Origin: Bacteroidales bacterium
GTDB taxonomy: Bacteria > Bacteroidota > Bacteroidia > Bacteroidales > WCHB1-69
DNA length: 64,000 nt
Direction: 5' to 3'
Assembly (NCBI GenBank): GCA_017651425.1
Contig: JAGCCZ010000041.1
Span: forward strand, 44,767-108,766
A program made the translations under genes and the position numbers. Positions 8,876 to 16,346 of this stretch are shown piece after piece. The notes beneath the pieces are model-generated. The model made no database searches. It saw only the letters and a program-made list of their open reading frames with translations, and was not told where the DNA came from. How positions within the stretch are numbered: the stretch's first letter is position 1; every line of letters starts with the position of its first letter.

Positions 8876-10062
8876 TTTCTCAAAGAATTATCGAAATCTC
8901 CTTGTTTACTTTCCGGGACAGAGAACAATATAACTACAAAAGGATATTGCGCATTGACGTTTTTTGCAGAATAGACTCTTGCTGGATATCTTGACATTGC
9001 ATTATTATAACTACCCCATTCCACAGATGATCTTACCCACAAACTGCCGTTTTTACCTTCAATTGTAGAGGAAGGTGCCAACCACATATCAACAACAATC
9101 TTATCACCGCCCTTAAGAGGAATGGAGACATTACTATATTGTGTTCCACCGTCTTTACTGTAAAAACCAATTATATAATCATTCAAATCCACGCCATATA
9201 TGCCATTGGGCAACGTGGTTCCTTTATTGGCTCCGTACATCAAGGCAAACATGACTTGTGAAGCTTTTTGAGAATCGTTCATTTTGTGCCAATTTCCTTT
9301 TAGCACACTTGAACCATTTGTGGCTTCTTTTACATGTGCCCCTTTGATTATTGCTCCTTCTTTTATTTGTCCAGTTGTGCTTAATTTAGCATTGTTGAAA
9401 ATCTTCGTGCTTATGAGTACTCCATTAGCATCTTTGTATTGTCCATTTGCGTCCCTGCATTCAAATTGTCTGTTGAAGGTGTCAAAACTGTCCCCTTTTT
9501 CCGCTGTGTATGTCACATTCCCGTCCTCATCCAACCCGGGAATCCACCGCCCATCCGGATCAGTAAGTTTCACTGGATTGTCCGCGCAATACACATAGGG
9601 ACTTGAAGAAGGATATTTCGCCGCCATCGGGTCGACGCTGAGCCAGATGCTCAAATCCGAGCTGTAATAGCGTGCGCCAAAGTAGGTTAGACCGGTTTCC
9701 GCATCGCGTTCTTTTGCGGAGAAGGTGTAACGCACTCCGTCGAAATGGCTGGAACGTTGGTTCACAAACTCCTCGCCCCAAGGCAGATAGTGGAGATGCT
9801 GCTTTACCGTGCCGTTGGTGGTGGTGATCCAACTGCTGCTGCCGAGGTGGTCGGGATGGTAGAAATAGAGCGTGGAAACTGCATCCTGCCGGTCGGTGAG
9901 CGTGTCCAAATAGGAGAAGCGGGAGCTTGCCGGAACGGTCAGGGTGGCGGGATGGTCCACCCCGTTTGTCACCGCCTGCAGCTTCACCTGCACGAGGGAG
10001 TCGCTCACCACGGGAGTGTGGACATATGCGTAAAGATGATATGAAAACGCGTTGTTGCTCAT
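8872..10062 (-). CDS. orphan Rhs fragment: distal RHS core (YFYHPDHLGSS...YTFSAKERDAETGLTYFGARYY...NPVKLTDPDG) fused to an unclassified C-terminal toxin domain
   Basis: RHS repeat-associated core motifs lie in aa 65-170, followed by about 225 aa of unrelated sequence that starts with a LysM-like stretch (VTYTAEKGDSFDTFNRQF). The N-terminal Rhs shell is absent. Confidence 0.8.
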   Translation of the reverse strand: MSNNAFSYHLYAYVHTPVVSDSLVQVKLQAVTNGVDHPATLTVPASSRFSYLDTLTDRQDAVSTLYFYHPDHLGSSSWITTTNGTVKQHLHYLPWGEEFVNQRSSHFDGVRYTFSAKERDAETGLTYFGARYYSSDLSIWLSVDPMAAKYPSSSPYVYCADNPVKLTDPDGRWIPGLDEDGNVTYTAEKGDSFDTFNRQFECRDANGQYKDANGVLISTKIFNNAKLSTTGQIKEGAIIKGAHVKEATNGSSVLKGNWHKMNDSQKASQVMFALMYGANKGTTLPNGIYGVDLNDYIIGFYSKDGGTQYSNVSIPLKGGDKIVVDMWLAPSSTIEGKNGSLWVRSSVEWGSYNNAMSRYPARVYSAKNVNAQYPFVVILFSVPESKQGDFDNSLRK

Positions 10063-10092
10063 TACGAGGCAAAGATAACAAATTAAGAACTT

Positions 10093-10506
10093 CTATTTAT
10101 GACCGAAACTGTAGTTAGAACCATCTAATGGGCCTTTTTTGTTCCTTAGTCTTCTGATTTTATGTGTAGAATAGTGATTAACATTTGTCCACCATTCAAC
10201 ATACAATGATTGTATTTGATAATAGTCATATAACGTTAAATTTGAACCGTTTTTACTGCTAAGTATGAGATTATATGTGAAGTGTGGATTTAGTAATCGC
10301 TCAATTGACAGTACTACTTGTGTCCCCAATAAAAATCGTTTAGATGTGGAAGAGTATGGCATTGTACATTCGTCTTGTTGTCCGCCCAATGATATATATT
10401 CGGTTATTCGAGGGATTAGAATTTCTATGCTGTCCTTAATTCTTGTCTGTGACATACCATTTAGATGTATAACACATAGAAAAAGAAGTATAATGACTCT
10501 ATTCAT
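10093..10506 (-). CDS. putative periplasmic immunity protein for Rhs-CT toxin 2
   Basis: Signal peptide MNRVIILLFLCVIHLNGMSQ and a 4-nt overlap with the upstream toxin stop. Confidence 0.6.
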   Translation of the reverse strand: MNRVIILLFLCVIHLNGMSQTRIKDSIEILIPRITEYISLGGQQDECTMPYSSTSKRFLLGTQVVLSIERLLNPHFTYNLILSSKNGSNLTLYDYYQIQSLYVEWWTNVNHYSTHKIRRLRNKKGPLDGSNYSFGHK

Positions 10507-11516
10507 GTTTTTGGAATTGCTTCGTTTTGATTATAATCTTTGTTCTTGTTAGCTGGAATTCTAAAGTATGCTCTACTAGTTTTATGAGACACCCCTTCTG
10601 AATCTTTATACGTATTATAATAATTTGGTGCATCTGGGTGATTAATAGAGATAGGGCCATCTCCACACTTTGCCTTTACTAATGTTGTATAGCCTAGGGG
10701 GTCCACTTCCTCAACAATAGCAGAATGAACAATATACTCGTACACATCATACATGCCATTTTGATTTTCATCATAGTAATAGATCACTCTATCACCTACC
10801 TGATTATTCTCGGTTGGCAACATTTGACGGGCATTTTGTTCAATAATGTCTTGTGTCGGATCCTCATTCCATCGAGGTAAAATAAAAGCATAGTTATTAC
10901 GAATATTTATTCCCCAAGGAACGCAGTCCCCAGACAGTATCAGCCCTAAATAATTTATCTGTTTGGAATTTTTACTGCCACATGCATTATTCCAAGCATA
11001 CGAATGGCAATTATAGCAAGAAATAAAATTATTTATGGAGTACCCTATTGTTCTTCCTTTTGAATCGTAAACATATTCATAGTATGTTGCTGTATTTGGT
11101 ATATATGTAACACCTCGGTCTTTGCATGGATTGAACGGTCTATCTTTTTTCCCGTCGGCATCAACTAAAATTATCGGATTATTACTGCAATAAACATATC
11201 CTGATTGGTGAGGATATTTGTAACTCATCGGGTCAACGCTGAGCCAGATGCTCAAATCGGAGGAATAATATCTTGAACCAAAGTAGCTTAAGCCGGTTTC
11301 TGTGTCGCGTTCTTTTGCGGAGAAGGTGTAAGACGAGTGAACAGTGATCAGTGAAGAGTGATCAGATGGGGATTGGGTAAGGAAATGCGCTGCGGTGGCT
11401 ACAACCGCCCATCCATCCCCGTTAGGGGATACATATCTGTAGCCGAGGGTGTTCCCGCGAGAGGCACAAATCCCCGTTAGGGGATTCATTTGACAGCATG
11501 TACGACGGCGGTTCAT
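10503..11516 (-). CDS. orphan Rhs-CT toxin 2: RHS core tail plus papain-fold (NlpC/P60/CHAP-like) cysteine peptidase/amidase domain
   Basis: YTFSAKERDTETGLSYFGSRYYSSDLSIWLSVDPM...NPIILVDADG is followed by a candidate catalytic Cys in YNCHSYAW (codon 11007-11009) and His in GDRVIYYYD...YIVHSAIV (codon 10725-10727). This is the NlpC/P60 order GD...H after C. Confidence 0.65.
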   Translation of the reverse strand: MNRRRTCCQMNPLTGICASRGNTLGYRYVSPNGDGWAVVATAAHFLTQSPSDHSSLITVHSSYTFSAKERDTETGLSYFGSRYYSSDLSIWLSVDPMSYKYPHQSGYVYCSNNPIILVDADGKKDRPFNPCKDRGVTYIPNTATYYEYVYDSKGRTIGYSINNFISCYNCHSYAWNNACGSKNSKQINYLGLILSGDCVPWGINIRNNYAFILPRWNEDPTQDIIEQNARQMLPTENNQVGDRVIYYYDENQNGMYDVYEYIVHSAIVEEVDPLGYTTLVKAKCGDGPISINHPDAPNYYNTYKDSEGVSHKTSRAYFRIPANKNKDYNQNEAIPKT

Positions 11517-11625
11517 CGGCGGTGGTTTTGGAGGTGGCGAAAATACGAAAAATTCCGAATATGACGGAGGCTTCCACCTCCTTGCCGTTGATGTAGATGT
11601 TTACCCCGCAGGCTGCTCTTATGAT
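11337..11625 (-). repeat. cassette-leader hairpin repeat, copy A
   Basis: AGTGATC-type heptamers (11337-11365), hairpins ATCCCC-gtta-GGGGAT (11415-11430) and AATCCCC-gtta-GGGGATT (11469-11486), then cgaaaatacgaaaaa and GGAGGC-ttcc-ACCTCC. It carries an extra T at 11553-11554 relative to copy C. Confidence 0.8.
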
Positions 11626-11721
11626 AGCATCAGCTTTTATCATTCAGCTTCCCGCGATGACGAGGAAATCTTAGAAACGAAAAAGGAAATGTTTGCATCA
11701 TCAAACAGGATCTATCAGTTA

Positions 11722-12369
11722 TTATTGTTGTACAGTTGTCTCATCCTTGAGATGTCTTTTGGCGTATTCTTTCTGATAGTGCTTCAGCACTCTTTTTGCA
11801 TCACGAGCGTTTGGGTAGTGATGGTTGCGAGGCTTCCATTTTCCGTCAACCAACATAAACCCTGCGTACACCACTTGCGGATCCAAACAGTCGTATATTC
11901 GGACAGCAGACAACTTGCCGTAGAAACCATAATCGGAGATGCACAGGAAATCTCTTTTTTTATAGTGAATTATCCAACTTTCAAGTTCCACAAATCCAAA
12001 CATGTCATAGTAAATGCATTGGGAATCTGTACACTCCCCAAAATAATAATGCTTTTCATTCTGCAATCTACCATTTGAATGAAAAATCAACGCTTTGCCG
12101 TGAAGCAGTCCGTTCAGATAATTGTACTGTTTGTATAACTGCCCATTGGGATAATACGTTTGCACTAACGAATCATAACCTAACGTATCATAAAGTATCT
12201 TGGTGTACTGTAGTAAGTCTGCTGTTATTTTATAATTGGTTTCAGAAAGAGTCATTTCAAACATTTGACTTTTCGACAAGGAATCCGGCGTTTGAGCCTC
12301 AGCATCGCTCATGGCGCAAAAAAAACAAAAAAGAAGAGGTGATAGGGATCTCATGCTTACTTTCTTCAT
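11722..12369 (-). CDS. YwqK-family (MORN-repeat variant) immunity/antitoxin protein with signal peptide
   Basis: MKKVSMRSLSPLLFCFFCAMSDAEAQ signal peptide. MORN-variant repeats TYYPNGQLYKQYNYLNGLLHGKALIFHSNGRLQNEKHYYFG. Lies directly downstream of toxin 3. Confidence 0.65.
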   Translation of the reverse strand: MKKVSMRSLSPLLFCFFCAMSDAEAQTPDSLSKSQMFEMTLSETNYKITADLLQYTKILYDTLGYDSLVQTYYPNGQLYKQYNYLNGLLHGKALIFHSNGRLQNEKHYYFGECTDSQCIYYDMFGFVELESWIIHYKKRDFLCISDYGFYGKLSAVRIYDCLDPQVVYAGFMLVDGKWKPRNHHYPNARDAKRVLKHYQKEYAKRHLKDETTVQQ

Positions 12370-12402
12370 AACAGTATTTAAAATGACGGTCAATGTTATT
12401 GA

Positions 12403-13464
12403 TTAATAGCTACGTTCCCAATCATGTGCTTCCTGACCAGAAGGATTCAATTCCACATTGTTTTCATCTTTCAAATGGCCAGTACGAGCAGACTGATTGC
12501 CATTTTTCATTAACCAAATAGCATATTCAACTGGGAAAGTTACTTCATAAAAAATATGTCCTCCTTCATGGGCAAAAGATTTTCCAACTTGATCAGAATA
12601 CCGTGGGTTGATTATCAGTTTCACGCCATTCATTGAGAATATTTCATTTTTATAATCAATCAATGGAAAAAAATGGATTCCACCTAATAACATACTTGGA
12701 TGATGACTAAAGAAATGTTGTATTTCAGATTGGCCTGTGTATATGCCGCTGTTAAGATAATAATTTACAAATACATACACGTCAACAATGCCACTTGGTG
12801 AATGAAGATGATTCAACTTGTTGTACATTTCAGGGCTATGATTTTTAAAATCTGTTATAATCTTTTGCACACAATCATACTTTTTTTTAATCAAATAGTA
12901 TTGGGTGTACTTTTCTTTATAGTCTTGTTTTGCTAAAAAATATAGTTTGTCGCGTTTGGACAAACTATTAAAGAATACTTTTGCTTGTTGCATTTTTTCT
13001 GTAGCAGAAATCAAGGCATTTGAATACCCGTTTATTATTGAATCCCCATTCGGATCCACCAGCTTCACTGGGTTGTCCGCGCAGTACACATACGGGCTCA
13101 ACGAAGGATATTTCGAAGCCATCGGGTCCACGCTCAGCCAAATAGAGAGTTCGGAGGAATAATAGCGTGCGCCAAAGTAAGATAGCCCGGTTTCGGAGTC
13201 CTTTTCTTTTGCGGAGAAGGTGTAAGAGGAGTGAACAGTGATCAGTGAAGAGTGATCAGTATGGGAGTGGGTGACGGAGTATGTCACAGGAAACCCATCC
13301 CCGTCAGGGGATGCATATCTGTAGCCCGGATCGGTTGCGCATGCGGGCCAAATCCCCGTGAGGGGATTCATTTGACAATATGGTCGGCGGCGGTTCATCG
13401 GCGGCGGTTTTGATGGGGCGAAAGTGCAAAAAAATAGTTGTTCCTGCTCTTTATTTATAATCAA
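12403..13464 (-). CDS. orphan Rhs-CT toxin 3: RHS core tail plus HExxH zinc-metallopeptidase-like domain
   Basis: YTFSAKEKDSETGLSYFGARYYSSELSIWLSVDPM...NPVKLVDPNG is followed by a unique domain with SFAHEGGHIFYEV (HEGGH encoded at 12556-12570). The N-terminal 80 aa are read through the repeat leader, so the true start is unknown. Confidence 0.7.
   Translation of the reverse strand: MIINKEQEQLFFCTFAPSKPPPMNRRRPYCQMNPLTGIWPACATDPGYRYASPDGDGFPVTYSVTHSHTDHSSLITVHSSYTFSAKEKDSETGLSYFGARYYSSELSIWLSVDPMASKYPSLSPYVYCADNPVKLVDPNGDSIINGYSNALISATEKMQQAKVFFNSLSKRDKLYFLAKQDYKEKYTQYYLIKKKYDCVQKIITDFKNHSPEMYNKLNHLHSPSGIVDVYVFVNYYLNSGIYTGQSEIQHFFSHHPSMLLGGIHFFPLIDYKNEIFSMNGVKLIINPRYSDQVGKSFAHEGGHIFYEVTFPVEYAIWLMKNGNQSARTGHLKDENNVELNPSGQEAHDWERSY
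13231..13430 (-). repeat. cassette-leader hairpin repeat, copy B
   Basis: Near-identical to copy C over gtgaacagtgatcagtgaagagtgatcagtatgggagtgggtgacggagtatgtcacaggaaacCCATCCCCgtcaGGGGATGcatatctgtagcc...AATCCCCgtgaGGGGATTcat. Confidence 0.8.
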
Positions 13465-13988
13465 GATCCCACATAAAATAAATCTTTAATGGAATCAGAA
13501 ACCACCACCCGAAATTTTGGTGTCCTTGATCCAATAAAAACTTTTTTCCCATTCGTGAAAAATTCAAAAGTTCGGTCCAAGTAATCTGTGCGCCATAGTA
13601 TGTCATTATCACCTACCGACTTTAGACGTAGATCGTACCATGCCCCAATTTGAAGAGGAGAAGAACAGTCAAGGGAGTCTTCGCAGAAAGTTACTATCGA
13701 GAACATAAAACGTTCCGTTCTGTCAGTTACATGTATCAAATTGTATTTTTTAGAATCTTCTATGAGATTTCCTGGATTTGTATCTATCGCAACTACTTTG
13801 TACATACAAAGAATGGAATCATAAATGGCCTCTTCAAAGACAATGGTGTCAATGTTTTCATGTAATATCCAATAGTATTTTTCCGTTTCTAAAATGCAGG
13901 TGTCCGCAGTTTGTGCAGAACATGATTTCGAATAAGGCATAAAGGATGTCAAAACGGTGAACAATATGATTCTAAACGTAAACTTCAT
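13461..13988 (-). CDS. putative periplasmic immunity protein for Rhs-CT toxin 4
   Basis: Signal peptide MKFTFRIILFTVLTSFMPYSKSCSAQ and a 4-nt overlap with the toxin 4 stop. Confidence 0.6.
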   Translation of the reverse strand: MKFTFRIILFTVLTSFMPYSKSCSAQTADTCILETEKYYWILHENIDTIVFEEAIYDSILCMYKVVAIDTNPGNLIEDSKKYNLIHVTDRTERFMFSIVTFCEDSLDCSSPLQIGAWYDLRLKSVGDNDILWRTDYLDRTFEFFTNGKKVFIGSRTPKFRVVVSDSIKDLFYVGS

Positions 13989-15070
13989 GGCCTAATCCTT
14001 TTTTCGATAAATAAATCATACATCAATGTCGAACAGTTGAATGTATTACAAAACATGTTTCTGATCTCACTTTTGTTATAAGGCTGAGATATTGCATTGT
14101 CATGTGAGATTCGATAAAAATCATTGTAATAATACGGATCTTGTCCCTTTATCCACTCTGCAGGTGAAGCATGAAATTGCCTCTCTATAGAAAGTAACCC
14201 TCCAAGATAAGATTCAGTTAATTCATGCGCAATCAGTTTGCCTCTTGCATTAGAATAATAATTCTGTATGACCTTTTTTTTGTTAATAAATTGAGAGGTA
14301 AACGCCATACTCTTATCATCAGAAAGCACATTCCCTCCAAAAGCTGCAGACATATTTATTTCAAAATTGCCCATAGATGTTTGAACATAATCAGTTTCTC
14401 CCACTAACATGTTAACAATGACAGTGTTTGAGTTAATTGCATCATAAATTAGCTTTTCGTCTTCGGACAAAGACGATATATCATCAACATTAGTGTGCAG
14501 CCTGCCGAATTTATCGCGTGTGATATTAAGCCCTTGATAAGAGTCTGACAGTTGTTTAGTAACCCATTCCGCCCCTTCGCCTGTGATAAATACATCATAT
14601 TCTTCCCCATTCGGATCCACCAACTTCACCGGGTTGTCCGCGCAATACACATACGGGCTTAGGGAGGGATATTTCGAAGCCATCGGGTCAACGCTGAGCC
14701 AGATAGACAAATCGCTGCTGTAATAGCGTGCACCAAAGTAAGATAGGCCCGTTTCGGAGTCCTTTTCTTTCGCGGAGAAGGTGTAAGAGGAGTGAAGAGT
14801 GATCAGTGAAGAGTGATCAGTATGGGAGTGGGTGACGGAGTATGTCACAGGAAACCCATCCCCGTCAGGGGATGCATATCTGTAGCCACGGGCGTTTCCG
14901 TATGCGGGCCAAATCCCCGTGAGGGGATTCATAAGGTGATATGGTCGGTGACGGTTCATCGGCGGTGGTTTTGGAGGTGGCGAAAATACGAAAAATCCGA
15001 ATATGACGGAGGCCTCCGCCTCCTTGCCGTTGATGTAGATGGTTACCCTGCGGGTGCTGCTCTTTGCCAT
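13985..15070 (-). CDS. orphan Rhs-CT toxin 4: RHS core tail plus unclassified domain with a possible HExxE/zincin-like motif
   Basis: YTFSAKEKDSETGLSYFGARYYSSDLSIWLSVDPM...NPVKLVDPNG is followed by a unique 205-aa domain containing LIAHELTESYLGG (14213-14227). The ORF is open from an ATG at 15070 through the whole leader repeat. Confidence 0.65.
   Translation of the reverse strand: MAKSSTRRVTIYINGKEAEASVIFGFFVFSPPPKPPPMNRHRPYHLMNPLTGIWPAYGNARGYRYASPDGDGFPVTYSVTHSHTDHSSLITLHSSYTFSAKEKDSETGLSYFGARYYSSDLSIWLSVDPMASKYPSLSPYVYCADNPVKLVDPNGEEYDVFITGEGAEWVTKQLSDSYQGLNITRDKFGRLHTNVDDISSLSEDEKLIYDAINSNTVIVNMLVGETDYVQTSMGNFEINMSAAFGGNVLSDDKSMAFTSQFINKKKVIQNYYSNARGKLIAHELTESYLGGLLSIERQFHASPAEWIKGQDPYYYNDFYRISHDNAISQPYNKSEIRNMFCNTFNCSTLMYDLFIEKRIRP
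14791..15060 (-). repeat. cassette-leader hairpin repeat, copy C (most complete)
   Basis: Heptamers agtgaagagtgatcagtgaagagtgatcag, hairpins CATCCCC-gtca-GGGGATG and AATCCCC-gtga-GGGGATT, cgaaaatacgaaaaa, GGAGGC-ctcc-GCCTCC and ACCC-tgc-GGGT. Confidence 0.8.
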
Positions 15071-15263
15071 AGACCTGTAGTTTGTGGCAAAAATGGCCTA
15101 AACGTCCGTCACGGATAGGTATAGGTCAAGCCACCCAGCCTGTCCCGACAATTCCAAATCGAGCGTTTTTAATTCATACGGCTTTTGTGAAAAGACCCGA
15201 TTTTTCGATTTTCAAGAGGGAATAAAACAGTTCTCGGATAGCCTCCCCTCCACATATCCAATC

Positions 15264-15770
15264 CTATAAAACCATATATGAAGTCAAGTTGATTTCAGAA
15301 ATTACATTTTTTGGATGATTTTTTTTTACTGTTCTCCTTTTAATAATTGAGTCTGCTCGTATGCAATATGATATAATTTTGCGTAAATAAATTTGCTGTT
15401 GGATTGTTATTTCCATCTTGAAAATTTGTCGAATAATGAATGAGCCTCCACCATAAGAGATTATTAAATCAATCCCATGACGTGTTTTTCTAATACTGTC
15501 AAAAGAAAAATTTTTAACTTCTTCATCTGGAATAGGCAAATGTATTGTTACATGGTTTGTATCAAATATTAAAATGATTTTCCAAGTAGAATCTATTTGT
15601 CTTCCATTTTCAGCCAAATCAATCGTCTGAATAATTTTACAGCTAATGCCATTATTGTAATTTACAATAAAATTTGACAATGTATCCTGACGATTGTAGT
15701 GGAATGATGATTGTCCACGGCTCAACAGCATACAAGAGCCTATACACACTAATAGCAAAGTTTGTTTCAT
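15264..15770 (-). CDS. orphan immunity-like secreted protein (no intact cognate toxin)
   Basis: Signal peptide MKQTLLLVCIGSCMLLSRGQ. AT-rich, and preceded only by a 35-codon ORF coupled through TGATG. Confidence 0.5.
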   Translation of the reverse strand: MKQTLLLVCIGSCMLLSRGQSSFHYNRQDTLSNFIVNYNNGISCKIIQTIDLAENGRQIDSTWKIILIFDTNHVTIHLPIPDEEVKNFSFDSIRKTRHGIDLIISYGGGSFIIRQIFKMEITIQQQIYLRKIISYCIRADSIIKRRTVKKNHPKNVISEINLTSYMVL

Positions 15771-15877
15771 CAGTCAGTTGAAATTTTCCAAAAAATCGTT
15801 CTACCAACATTTCCGACGGCCTCAATTCTTCTGTTTACATTTACTTCTGTTTTATAATAAAATCCTTTCTCGTTCAT
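15770..15877 (-). pseudogene. possible 3' remnant of a deleted toxin gene (35 codons), translationally coupled to the downstream immunity-like gene
   Basis: My translation is MNEKGFYYKTEVNVNRRIEAVGNVGRTIFWKISTD. Its stop TGA (15772-15770) shares one base with the ATG at 15770. Confidence 0.3.
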
Positions 15878-15906
15878 GTTTTTTTTATTCTAAACATCAC
15901 ACGAGA

Positions 15907-16266
15907 CTATTCTTTGTAATCTTGAAATTCCCAATGTCCGTAATAACTAAGTTTCCGACATATGTCATCCCAATTATCTCCTTCTACACAAAAACAGGAT
16001 ATCAGTTTTTTACATAATAATGAATAATTGTAATGTGTCATAATAAGATGATGCAATCCAATTAATATATTACATTTATTTTTGTCCATCATTGATTGTA
16101 TCCAATTCGGACTACAAACACACAATTGAAAACTTTCTCCACTATCAGTTCCTTGGATTCCAACGATTATAGTAATCCAAAAACCAAAACAAGTTGGATT
16201 TTCGGGGCGATAATTTTGAATATCCAATACATCAGCACTGCAAATATCTTTGATTTCTGATTTCAT
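15907..16266 (-). CDS. cytoplasmic immunity protein, Imm8-like (orphan)
   Basis: 119 aa with no signal peptide. The pattern ...NYRPENPTCFGFWITIIVGIQGTDSGESFQLCVCSPNWI...GLHHLIM..YNY...WDDICRKLSYYGHWEFQDY matches my memory of the Imm8 family, including the C-terminal WEF.DY. Confidence 0.5.
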   Translation of the reverse strand: MKSEIKDICSADVLDIQNYRPENPTCFGFWITIIVGIQGTDSGESFQLCVCSPNWIQSMMDKNKCNILIGLHHLIMTHYNYSLLCKKLISCFCVEGDNWDDICRKLSYYGHWEFQDYKE

Positions 16267-16268
16267 AA

Positions 16269-16346
16269 CTACATATTTACGTCTAAGTGACCGTTATTTA
16301 TCCATTCCCCACTGTTTGTGTTTCTTGATTCAAAGTTGGCCTGGTA
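16269..16346 (-). pseudogene. toxin 3' remnant abutting the inverted leader repeat
   Basis: The last roughly 25 codons of ORF 16269..16532 (...QANFESRNTNSGEWINNGHLDVNM) are AT-rich, are not part of the repeat, and end 2 nt before the Imm8-like start. Confidence 0.3.
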
